Assembly: GCA_031414535.1 (NCBI GenBank) | Contig: JANNVQ010000030.1 | Location: 144,936 to 208,935 of the forward strand | Origin: Gemmatimonas sp. | GTDB lineage: Bacteria > Gemmatimonadota > Gemmatimonadetes > Gemmatimonadales > Gemmatimonadaceae | Length of the DNA: 64,000 nt | Reading direction: 5' to 3' | In this document: positions 19,600-28,374 of the stretch, piece after piece | How the letters are laid out: the number at the start of each line of letters is the position of its first letter | Numbering within the stretch: the stretch's first letter is position 1 | The notes under the pieces: model-generated | The model's input: only the letters and a program-made list of their open reading frames with translations | Database searches by the model: none | What the model was told of the DNA's origin: nothing | Position numbers and translations under genes: made by a program

Positions 19600-20981
19600 G
19601 CGCGAGCCTTCCTCCACTCACCACGCGTGAAGTCCGGGAAGCGCATCGGCTGCGATCCACGGGCCACGCTCATCTGTGACAGCGGCAGCGGCGCGCTCCA
19701 AGCAGCGGCATCGTACACATCGAAGTCGGGCGCCAAGCCTTCGCGGATGCATTCCACCAAGCGCCACATCATGACGTAGTCCATACCTCCGTGGCCGCCG
19801 TTCGTACGCGCCATCTCACCGATCCGCGTCCATAGCGGATGCTCGTGCGTGGTCTTGTACTCATCAATCGTCGCCCAGCGGTGCGACTGCCCGCGCCCTT
19901 CTATATAGATGCGAGCCGGATAGTCTTCGAAGGTCCCCTTGGTGCCGCTCACATGATTGAGCCGCGAGTAGGGCCGCGGGCTCGAGACATCATGGGCCAA
20001 ATGGATGGTGCGCCCCTTCTTCGTGCGGATGAGCGTCGTGTTGAGGTCGCCGTTGACATAGCGCTCCCGCCACTTGGGATTGCTGCGGTCCGGCACTGTC
20101 GCCTCGCGATACAGCGTCAGGCCGCGTTCCTCGGTGCTCATCGAAACCAAGTAGTCGAAGGCATCCCCATTATGAATGTCCATATACCACGACACCGGCC
20201 CGAGCCCGTGCGTGGGGTAGAGATTGCCGTTGATGCGCGTGTGCCACTCGCGGCGCCACAGGCCTTCATCACGATCCTCAAAGAGGATGCTCCGGAGGTC
20301 GTGGATATACGCCGCCGCCCCGTGCTGAATCTCGCCAAGCACACCATCGTGCACGAGGCGATTCACCATCATCTCGTTGTAGCCGTAGTTGCAGTTCTCC
20401 AGCTGCAAGCAATGCTTGCGGCTACGCTCCGAGGCATCCACCACCGCCCAGAGGTCAGTGAGCGTGATGCCCGTGTTGCACTCGGTACCACAGTGCTTGC
20501 CGGCGCGCATTGCCGCGAGCATCACGGGCGTATGCCACTGCCAAGGCGTCGCCGTGTACACGAAATCAATGTCGTCGCGTTGTACCAGGCGCTCGAAGTC
20601 GCGTTCGCCGTTGGTGTAGACGGCCGGTTCGGACTGGCCCGCGTCCGTGCACATCTTCACCGCGCGTGCGGCCTTCTCTGGCGCGATGTCAGCGACAGCG
20701 ACGATCCGCACGTTCGGAATCGCCAGCAGTTCCGAGATGATGGACCGACCGCGGAGGCCCGTGCCGACGACGGCGAATCGCACCGTCTCGTTGCGCTCAA
20801 ACGGGACACCGCGCATCGTGCGGGCATTGGCGGCACGTGGCGGAGCCGCGTCGGGCACATTGATCGCGTCTATGGACTCCGCGAGCGCAACGTGGGGCGT
20901 GAGGGCGGAAACTCCGGCCAATCCTGCGCCTGCGAGCAGCGCCTGCTTCAGCAGGTCGCGGCGATCCATCGCGTCGGTCAC
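19596..20981 (-). CDS. Tat-exported Gfo/Idh/MocA protein, GH109 (alpha-N-acetylgalactosaminidase-like)
   Basis: DRRDLLK Tat signal; TPWQWH, ENCNY, YIHDLR, NLYPTHGLGP, GHGGMDY are GH109-like motifs. Confidence 0.88.
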   Translation of the reverse strand: MTDAMDRRDLLKQALLAGAGLAGVSALTPHVALAESIDAINVPDAAPPRAANARTMRGVPFERNETVRFAVVGTGLRGRSIISELLAIPNVRIVAVADIAPEKAARAVKMCTDAGQSEPAVYTNGERDFERLVQRDDIDFVYTATPWQWHTPVMLAAMRAGKHCGTECNTGITLTDLWAVVDASERSRKHCLQLENCNYGYNEMMVNRLVHDGVLGEIQHGAAAYIHDLRSILFEDRDEGLWRREWHTRINGNLYPTHGLGPVSWYMDIHNGDAFDYLVSMSTEERGLTLYREATVPDRSNPKWRERYVNGDLNTTLIRTKKGRTIHLAHDVSSPRPYSRLNHVSGTKGTFEDYPARIYIEGRGQSHRWATIDEYKTTHEHPLWTRIGEMARTNGGHGGMDYVMMWRLVECIREGLAPDFDVYDAAAWSAPLPLSQMSVARGSQPMRFPDFTRGEWRKARA

Positions 20982-21069
20982 GTGCGCTCCGGGGGCTTAC
21001 GGGTGGTACCAGTGGGGTCCTGACCCGCTGAATCTGTGTCCGATTCCGCCGGAAAGGAACTGCACCGGC

Positions 21070-21193
21070 TTTCACCACGAAGGCACGAAGGGAGCCGGAA
21101 CACATCTCGGCCCCGCAACCCCAAGAAGAAATTCTTCTTTGGCGTTGCGGGGCCGAGAGTTCACTGGGAGCCCTTCGTGCCTTCGTGGTGAAA
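21070..21193. repeat. REPIN-like long nested palindrome
   Basis: Outer arms TTTCACCACGAAGGCACGAAGGG / CCCTTCGTGCCTTCGTGGTGAAA; inner arms TCTCGGCCCCGCAAC / GTTGCGGGGCCGAGA. Confidence 0.85.
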
Positions 21194-21199
21194 AAGCAG

Positions 21200-22180
21200 C
21201 TACCGTTTCACCTCGGAATTATCCCCAACCGTCACGACCCCGCTCACGCCCTCAAGCAGCACGCCGTCGCCAATCATCGAATCGTGCAGCGTGCAGCCGT
21301 CGAGCGTGGACTTGTCGCCGAGCACGGTGTCACGGAGCGTGGAGCCCCGAACCACCGACCCCGCGCCGATCACGACGTTCGGCCCAACCGTTGAGCCTTC
21401 CACCACCGCACCCGCCTCAATGCGCACCGGCTCCACAATCTTGGAATCCTTCACCGTACCCATCACGCCCGTGCGACCCTTCTCCAGCATCGTGCGGTTC
21501 GTCTCAAGCAGCGTGTCGAGCTTGCCGGCATCGTACCAACCCTTCACGTCCACCACGCGAATCTTCGCGCCTTTATCAATCATGTACTGAAAGGCATCCG
21601 TGAGATAATACTCGCCCTTGTTCGTCGGCTGCTTGAGCACGTGCGCGATGCCTTCGTACAGCAGCTTCCAATTCTTGATGTAGTACAGCCCGATGTTGGC
21701 CCGCTTGGAGATTGGGGTGCTCGGCTTCTCCACAATCTTCGTCATGTGGCCGTTGGCATCCGTGACCACCACGCCAAAGCGCTGGTAATCCTCCACCTCC
21801 TGCGTCCAGATGATGCCGTCGTCGGTGCTCGTCTCCACGATCGAGAGATCAGCATCGAAGACCGTATCCACGAAGATGATGAGCACCGGCTGGTCTACGT
21901 ACGGACGCGCCAACTCTACCGCGCCCGCCGTGCCATCCTGAACCTTCTGCTCCACGAACACGCCCGGGAACTTGTAGTGCGCCTTCGCGTAGGCTTCCAC
22001 CTTCTCCTTCAAGTGCCCCGTGATGTAGACCACCTGCTCCACACCATGGAGTTTCGCCACGTCTTCCATCACGTAGTCCATCACGGGCTTACCCGCCACC
22101 TTCAACATCGGCTTCGGCACGGTGTGCGTATGCGGCCTCAGGCGCGTGCCCTTGCCGGCCAACGGAATGATCACTTTCAC
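21200..22180 (-). CDS. Sugar-phosphate nucleotidyltransferase with C-terminal left-handed beta-helix
   Basis: LAGKGTRLRP...PKPM, VEKP, GEYYLTDA, C-terminal hexapeptide repeats. Confidence 0.9.
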   Translation of the reverse strand: MKVIIPLAGKGTRLRPHTHTVPKPMLKVAGKPVMDYVMEDVAKLHGVEQVVYITGHLKEKVEAYAKAHYKFPGVFVEQKVQDGTAGAVELARPYVDQPVLIIFVDTVFDADLSIVETSTDDGIIWTQEVEDYQRFGVVVTDANGHMTKIVEKPSTPISKRANIGLYYIKNWKLLYEGIAHVLKQPTNKGEYYLTDAFQYMIDKGAKIRVVDVKGWYDAGKLDTLLETNRTMLEKGRTGVMGTVKDSKIVEPVRIEAGAVVEGSTVGPNVVIGAGSVVRGSTLRDTVLGDKSTLDGCTLHDSMIGDGVLLEGVSGVVTVGDNSEVKR

Positions 22181-22557
22181 GGCTTGCTCGTCCCCTCTCG
22201 CCCGTAGCGGTCAGTGAGTCGCACCACGTCATCGAGGTGCGGTGTGGAGGCTTCCAATACATCGCAATCGGTTACGGCTTCCATCTGATGGATCTGGCCA
22301 GGCGTGTTGCGAAAGCTTTGCCCCGCCTTGAGCGGGAAGTCTTCGAGCCCGTTGCCTTGGTCAATACGATAGATCATCTCACCGCTCAGCAGGTGGATGG
22401 TCTCGTCCTTGAGGTTGTGGTATTGCACGGAAAGCGCGTGCCCCGCCTTGATGTGAAGCACCTTGCCCACGTACTGCTCCGTGTGCGCCCAGTGCACCTC
22501 GTGTCCCCACGGCTTGGGAACAATCCGCACATCCTGCACTCCTGAACCCGGTTTCAC
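22177..22557 (-). CDS. Cupin domain protein (mannose-6-phosphate isomerase type-2-like)
   Basis: VPKPWGHE, LSVQYH...KDET, DDVVRL; GTG overlaps the upstream TAG. Confidence 0.82.
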   Translation of the reverse strand: MKPGSGVQDVRIVPKPWGHEVHWAHTEQYVGKVLHIKAGHALSVQYHNLKDETIHLLSGEMIYRIDQGNGLEDFPLKAGQSFRNTPGQIHQMEAVTDCDVLEASTPHLDDVVRLTDRYGREGTSKP

Positions 22558-23129
22558 TAGTTCATCTCCAAGGGACGCGCGCTTATGCTCGTTGGCGTCG
22601 TCACGCACGCATTCAAGCACTGCCCGCATCCGGTACAGGCCGCCCCGATTACGGGCCGACCACGGTCATCCATCTTGAGTGCGTCTTCGCCAATCGGACA
22701 CACCCTCGCGCAGATCCCACACTCCACATCGCGATACGTGATGCATCGCGTCTCATCAATCGCAATCGTTGCCACTCGTGCGTCGCGCCAACCCCAGGGC
22801 GGCACATCCAAAGCCGGCGTCGGACACGACGCCGCACAAGGCATGGTCTCGCACATGATGCAGGCCATCACGCTGACGTCCAGCACTGGTGTGCCGGCTG
22901 CCAAACCCGCCGACGAGGGCAGTTTGCTGATGGCATGCACCGGACACACATCCGAGCAGGCGCCGCAACGCGTACACGCCGCCACGAACGCTGCTTCCGG
23001 TAAGGCACCCGGCGGCCGCTGATACTTGGTCTGCACTACACGGCTCTCTACCGCGCCGACGACCTCACGCAGGGCCCGCGTGAGGCCCTGGGTGAAAAAG
23101 GAGCGGCGATCGAGTGGTGAATCTGTCAC
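22557..23129 (-). CDS. MauM/NapG-family 4Fe-4S ferredoxin-type protein
   Basis: RPPGA, CTRCGACSDVCP, CGICARVCP, CTGCGQCLNAC. Confidence 0.85.
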   Translation of the reverse strand: MTDSPLDRRSFFTQGLTRALREVVGAVESRVVQTKYQRPPGALPEAAFVAACTRCGACSDVCPVHAISKLPSSAGLAAGTPVLDVSVMACIMCETMPCAASCPTPALDVPPWGWRDARVATIAIDETRCITYRDVECGICARVCPIGEDALKMDDRGRPVIGAACTGCGQCLNACVTTPTSISARPLEMN

Positions 23130-23342
23130 GACATAATCTCGCTTGCTTCGCTAGGGCCGGGTACCTGGCTGGAAAAATCAACTGACCCAGGAAAATGACC
23201 TAGGTCATTGTCAACGAATAATACATCTCGGCGCCTGTAACGAGGCGCCCTAGGCCGATCGTCACACTTCATTAAAAGGAGAGGGTATTGCGCAGAGGAA
23301 AAGATTGGTCGCAGATTTTTGCGGTCATATATGGGGAGGTAC

Positions 23343-26300
23343 ATGCGCGCTCGGAGCTGGTCGTCGTGGTTCGTCTTCACTCCTGTCGTTCGCTTCACCG
23401 CGCTGGCGGCCACGGTTTTTTCGACAGCAACGTGCGCGCTTGAGTCGCTGACGGCTCCTGAGAGCGATCTCGCACTCTCAATTGCTGCCGACACGGCCCT
23501 GATCGTCGGTGAGACCGTTACGATTGCGACGCTGACTTCGGGCGGCGCCCCAGTAGTCGGAGTACGTATCCGCTACAGCAGTGAATCGCCTAGTATCATT
23601 CGCGTCGACAGCGTCTCTGGTGAGATGACAGCGCTGCTCGACGGCGTGGCGGTGGTCCGCGCGCGGGCCGATGCTCCTTCACTTCCTCCGGGCGGCGTCA
23701 CCGCTTCTGTCTCGGTGCGTGCGCGCTACGCTGGCGTTGCCATCGATCCGATCGACTCGCTGACGGGTTTGGGGCAGATGGTGACGCCCGTGGTCCGAGG
23801 ATTGGGTGTGAGCGGCGCCCCAGCCGGCATCGTCACCGCCACGCTGACCGTCTCTGATACGACCGTACTCCGTCGCAACGGAAATCAGTTCTTTGCGCGT
23901 GCCAATGGCACGACCAACATCGTGGCGACCTATGGCACGCTGACCGCAACGCGCGCCGTGCGCGTCCGACGTGTGGCGAAGTCGGTGAGCGCTGCCGCTC
24001 AGCCCTTCGTATTCACGGCCATCGGTCGCGACACCAACCTCATCGTCGTAGTGCGCGATACGCGGGACTCCATCATCGCGAGCCCTGCGCTTGTGGTGCA
24101 AAGCCTCGACGCCGCTGCCATTCAAGTTGGTGCCGGCAATGTTCTGCGTTCACTGCGGACTGGGACCTCGACCGTCCGCGTCAGCGTGGACACGGCTTCT
24201 CTCACCGTCAGCACCTCCGTCTCACAAGTGCCGACGCAGCTCGTCAAGCTATCCGGCGACGCGCAGACGGGAGTCGTTGGGAGCGCACTGCCTGAGTCTC
24301 TCAGCGTGCAGGTGCGGGACGCAGGCGGCACGAGCATCGCCGGTGCGAGCGTAGCCTTCTCCCTGGGCTCGGGTGGCGGCAGCGTACAGACCGCCACCAG
24401 CGTCGCGGATGCGCAAGGTCGCGCCTTTGCAGGAGCTTGGACCCTCGGCACCGTTCCCGGCACCGCCACGCTCAGCGCTGCAGTCGGGGCAGCGGTCACC
24501 TCGTTTTCTGCTACGGCGCAGCCGGGAGCCGCGGCCAGCCTCGTGCTCAGTGCATCGCCGATCAGCGGAAGTGCGGGTCAAGTACTCACGCCAATTCAGG
24601 TGACGCTGCGCGATCAATTCGGGAACATCGCAACGCTCGCGACCGCAACGGTGAGTCTCACCGTGTCGGAAGGAACGCTGAGCGGCACGACCTCTAGGGT
24701 CGCGACGGCTGGCATAGCGCATTTCAACGATATCGTGTTCGGACGCCCCGCTTCCCAGATACGACTCAGTGCGCAGGCTACTGGCGTTTCAAACGCAGTG
24801 CTCAGTGGCCCGTTCAACGTGGTGGGCGCGCCGTTCCGTCTCCGATTCTCGAGCCAGCCGACGAGCATCGTCGCCAATGCCCCATTCGCTCCCGGCGTGA
24901 CCGTCGCGATTGAGGATTCCATTGGAAACGCACTTCCCGCTGCGACGAACCAAGTGACCCTCACACGCGGCGCGGGTGGCGACTCATCAGCAGTATTGCT
25001 CGGCGGTTTGACTTCCAACGCGGTTGCCGGCTCTGTCACATTCGGCACAGCCACGTTGCAGCGCGCCGGAACTGGCTACACGCTGGTCGCATCGGCGACC
25101 GGACTGGCGAGCGCCACGAGCAATCCCTTCAACGTCTCGGCAGGCACCGCTTCGCGCTTGGAGTATCGAGTCCAACCGACGACCATAGGCCCCAACGTGC
25201 CCATCACCCCCGCGCCGCAAGTCGCGGTGACGGACGCCTTCGGCAACCAGACGACCAGCAGCGTCTCGGTGGCGATGGCCTTCGGTGCGAACGCTACCGG
25301 CGCCACGTTGTCGGGCACAACCAGCACGACCTCCGCATCCGGCCTCGCGACCTTCAGCAACCTCCGCCTCAACACGGTGGGCAGTGGCTACACCCTCGTG
25401 GCCGCGAGTGCGGGCCTTACCTCGGCTACGAGCGACACCTTCCGAGTCCTTGGCCCTGGAACGCCGCGCGCGCTGATCTTCAGCACCCAGCCGAGCACGG
25501 CGACCGCTGGAGTTGCGAATCCTGCATCTATTACGGTGCGGGTCATTGACAGCGTGGGTGTCACGGTGAGTTCGTCGTCGGCGTCTGTCACGTTGGAGTT
25601 CGCGGACAATCCCAATGCCGGAACTCTCTCCGGGACCCTGACTCGCAGCGCAGTCAATGGAGTGGCGACGTTCACTGACGTGCGAGTGAATCGCTCAGGG
25701 ACTGGAACCACCTTGCGCGCCATCTCAGCGGGTCTCACCCCTGATACCAGCGCCGCTTTTGCCGTGGTGCCGGGAGCGATCTCTAACCTTGCATGGCAGG
25801 TGCAGCCGGATTCCGGGATTGCAGGAGAAGCGATGTCGCCCGCCCCCGTCGTGGCCTGGCGGGACGGACAAGGAAACGTCGTGTCCAGTGCTACCGACAC
25901 CATCGTCGTGAGCCTGAGCGGCCAGCCTGGAAATGCGACACTGACTGGAACGCTCAGAGTTGCCGCCGTTAATGGCGTTGCCACCTTCTCGAACCTCGTG
26001 CTCGACAGGGCGTACACGAGCTACAGCTTGCGGGCGGCGAGCGTCTCAAATTCACCCGCCGCTCTCAGCTCGAGCTTCGTAATCGTCGGTGGTGCACCGG
26101 CGGGCGTGGAGCTCACGAGCGAGCCAGCTCTGCGTGCGGTCAACGCAGACCTACCGACCATATCAGCGCGCGTCGTCGATGCCTTCGGTAACCTTGCGGC
26201 GGGTTCGACGAATGAAGTTTCGCTTACGCTGGCCACCAACACGTTCAACGCGGCTCTCGGCGGAACGACCACGAGAAGCGCGGCGAACGGCAGCGTCTCC

Positions 26301-28370
26301 TTCAACAGCTTGTCGGTGGCGCTGCCCGGGCGTGACCTTCGCATCGTCGCCACAAGCCCACTGCTCGCGCCCGATACGTCGGCGGTGTTCAACATCTACG
26401 GCGCACCCCACAGCATTTCCTTCTCGACTCAGCCCGTAAACGGTATCCGCAACGCGATACTTGCGCCTTCAGTTGTCCTGCAGGTGCTAGACTCGGTGGG
26501 GAATCTCGCACTCGGTGCTTCTGGCAGCGCCACCATCTCGCTTGCCGTCAATACCAATGCCGGGTCGTTGAGTGGAACCCTTTCCCGCGGGTTCAGCTCT
26601 GGCGTTGCGACCTTCGACAACCTTCGCGTCGACTCGGCAGGCATCGGATATCGGTTGGGCGCCAGCTTCTCCTCACTTCCGACGGTGCAGAGCTCCACAT
26701 TCAACCTTGCCGCGTTTGGCACTGCGACGCAGTTGCGGGTGCTCGATCAACCTGCGTCGGCCGATGTGGATTCGATCATTCGCCCAGCGGTGCAAGTCGC
26801 GATTTTGGACGCGGTGCAGAATCGCGTGACGAACTCTACGGCGAGCGTGACGATTGCGCTGGGCTCCAACAGCGGCAGCGGAACCCTCAACGGCACAAGG
26901 ACAAAAGCTGCCGTGAACGGTGTTGCGACATTTGATAGTCTCTCGGTCAGTGCCGCAGGAACCGTGACGCTTGCGGCCAGTTCTGCGGGACTGACAGCCA
27001 CGGCCACATCGGCATTCGGTATTGTGAATCCAGGCCAACCCGTACGCTTCGTGTTTGACGTGCAGCCCTCGAATCAGGTAGCGGGAAACATTATGGTGCC
27101 CGCCGTTCGCGTGTGCGCCGTCAACAGCGCTGGGGCACTGACGCCAAGCTATTCCTCCTCCATCACTCTTTCCGTACGTAGTGGCCCGCTGAGTGGTTCG
27201 ATCACGGGAACTACTTCAGCGGTGGCAGGCTCGGGCTGTGCCACATTCTCGAACATCAGTTTCCGCAAGGTCGGTGTGTACTCACTTCGCGCCGCACAAG
27301 GCGGGTTGCTTGGAGAGAGCGCGACGTTTACGGTGACACACGGATTTGCACATCACCTTGCGTACACCGCAGCTCCCTCGATTGTGGTCGCCGGCGACAC
27401 CATCACTACGCCAGTTACCGTCGAAGTACGTGATGAGTTTGGCAACACTGTTGAGAACGCCGCGAACAACATCACCATCTGTTACGGGACAAGCTATCCG
27501 CAGAGTTCTTGCTTAACCCCAACCTACCTCGATGGAAATGTCACCGAGACAGCAATCAACGGAGTCGCAAACTTTTCAGGCCTAAGAGTGCGACTCGGCA
27601 CAAATTACCAAACATTTACGGCTTTTTCCGGTGCTCTTTCAACCTACGAGTATTCAACGTCGAGAAACGAGTATATCGAAGGGTACACCTTACCAACTTT
27701 CAGGCCGGGCTCGCCGTACACTTTGTACATCGACCCCACTCATCCGCGGTCAAATCAAGGCGCGCTTGTCGTCATCGCTCGCGAGGCAATTCCAACTTTT
27801 GTCGTGGAAGTAAGGGACTCACTCGGAAACAATGCAGCTGCTTGGAACCTCCCCGTTGTTATCGCATTGAATTCGAATCCAACGGGGGCCTCTCTTAACG
27901 GCGTGACCGCACGGTTGCCCGCCAGTGGCTATTACGCCAGTTTCTCTGGCGTCGGCATTGACCGAGTCGGTACCGGGTACACAGTAGTCGCGAGCAGCGC
28001 AGGCCTCGTTTCAGCGGAGACTGCGCCATTCAACGCAGTATCACGCACGGCAAGCTCGCTGCGCTTCGCAACACAGCCGGCAAGCGCCGCAGTCGGAGCC
28101 GCCATCTCGCCCGCAATCCGCGTCCAAGTCGAGGATGAGCTCGGTAATACAGTCACCTCGTCATTCGGTACCATCACGCTTGCCATCCAGACAAACCCAG
28201 GCGGAGCCACGCTCGGCGGCACCCTCACAGTCAACGTCGTAAACGGCGTCGCCCAGTTCCCCAACATCACTCTCTCCGCCGCCGGCACCGGATACACGCT
28301 CCGCGCCACAACCAACATCTCCGGCGTCACAGGCACCTTCGTCAGTCAATCCTTCAACATCACGCCCTAG
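23343..28370 (+). CDS. Giant Ig-like repeat surface protein (about 1675 aa), probable lipoprotein/adhesin
   Basis: About a dozen ~105-aa repeats (F.xQP...V.V.D..GN...LSGT...A.NGVATF..L...G.GYTL.A...GL..ATS..F); hydrophobic N-terminus followed by Cys; start uncertain. Confidence 0.8.
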   Translation: MRARSWSSWFVFTPVVRFTALAATVFSTATCALESLTAPESDLALSIAADTALIVGETVTIATLTSGGAPVVGVRIRYSSESPSIIRVDSVSGEMTALLDGVAVVRARADAPSLPPGGVTASVSVRARYAGVAIDPIDSLTGLGQMVTPVVRGLGVSGAPAGIVTATLTVSDTTVLRRNGNQFFARANGTTNIVATYGTLTATRAVRVRRVAKSVSAAAQPFVFTAIGRDTNLIVVVRDTRDSIIASPALVVQSLDAAAIQVGAGNVLRSLRTGTSTVRVSVDTASLTVSTSVSQVPTQLVKLSGDAQTGVVGSALPESLSVQVRDAGGTSIAGASVAFSLGSGGGSVQTATSVADAQGRAFAGAWTLGTVPGTATLSAAVGAAVTSFSATAQPGAAASLVLSASPISGSAGQVLTPIQVTLRDQFGNIATLATATVSLTVSEGTLSGTTSRVATAGIAHFNDIVFGRPASQIRLSAQATGVSNAVLSGPFNVVGAPFRLRFSSQPTSIVANAPFAPGVTVAIEDSIGNALPAATNQVTLTRGAGGDSSAVLLGGLTSNAVAGSVTFGTATLQRAGTGYTLVASATGLASATSNPFNVSAGTASRLEYRVQPTTIGPNVPITPAPQVAVTDAFGNQTTSSVSVAMAFGANATGATLSGTTSTTSASGLATFSNLRLNTVGSGYTLVAASAGLTSATSDTFRVLGPGTPRALIFSTQPSTATAGVANPASITVRVIDSVGVTVSSSSASVTLEFADNPNAGTLSGTLTRSAVNGVATFTDVRVNRSGTGTTLRAISAGLTPDTSAAFAVVPGAISNLAWQVQPDSGIAGEAMSPAPVVAWRDGQGNVVSSATDTIVVSLSGQPGNATLTGTLRVAAVNGVATFSNLVLDRAYTSYSLRAASVSNSPAALSSSFVIVGGAPAGVELTSEPALRAVNADLPTISARVVDAFGNLAAGSTNEVSLTLATNTFNAALGGTTTRSAANGSVSFNSLSVALPGRDLRIVATSPLLAPDTSAVFNIYGAPHSISFSTQPVNGIRNAILAPSVVLQVLDSVGNLALGASGSATISLAVNTNAGSLSGTLSRGFSSGVATFDNLRVDSAGIGYRLGASFSSLPTVQSSTFNLAAFGTATQLRVLDQPASADVDSIIRPAVQVAILDAVQNRVTNSTASVTIALGSNSGSGTLNGTRTKAAVNGVATFDSLSVSAAGTVTLAASSAGLTATATSAFGIVNPGQPVRFVFDVQPSNQVAGNIMVPAVRVCAVNSAGALTPSYSSSITLSVRSGPLSGSITGTTSAVAGSGCATFSNISFRKVGVYSLRAAQGGLLGESATFTVTHGFAHHLAYTAAPSIVVAGDTITTPVTVEVRDEFGNTVENAANNITICYGTSYPQSSCLTPTYLDGNVTETAINGVANFSGLRVRLGTNYQTFTAFSGALSTYEYSTSRNEYIEGYTLPTFRPGSPYTLYIDPTHPRSNQGALVVIAREAIPTFVVEVRDSLGNNAAAWNLPVVIALNSNPTGASLNGVTARLPASGYYASFSGVGIDRVGTGYTVVASSAGLVSAETAPFNAVSRTASSLRFATQPASAAVGAAISPAIRVQVEDELGNTVTSSFGTITLAIQTNPGGATLGGTLTVNVVNGVAQFPNITLSAAGTGYTLRATTNISGVTGTFVSQSFNITP

Positions 28371-28374
28371 CGCA

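Noticed and set aside
11843..21193. Repeats as a CRISPR array
   Set aside because: They are isolated inverted repeats, not regularly spaced direct repeats, and there are no cas genes
27340..28040. Diversity-generating retroelement target in the Ig-repeat gene
   Set aside because: No reverse transcriptase or template-repeat copy seen in the window
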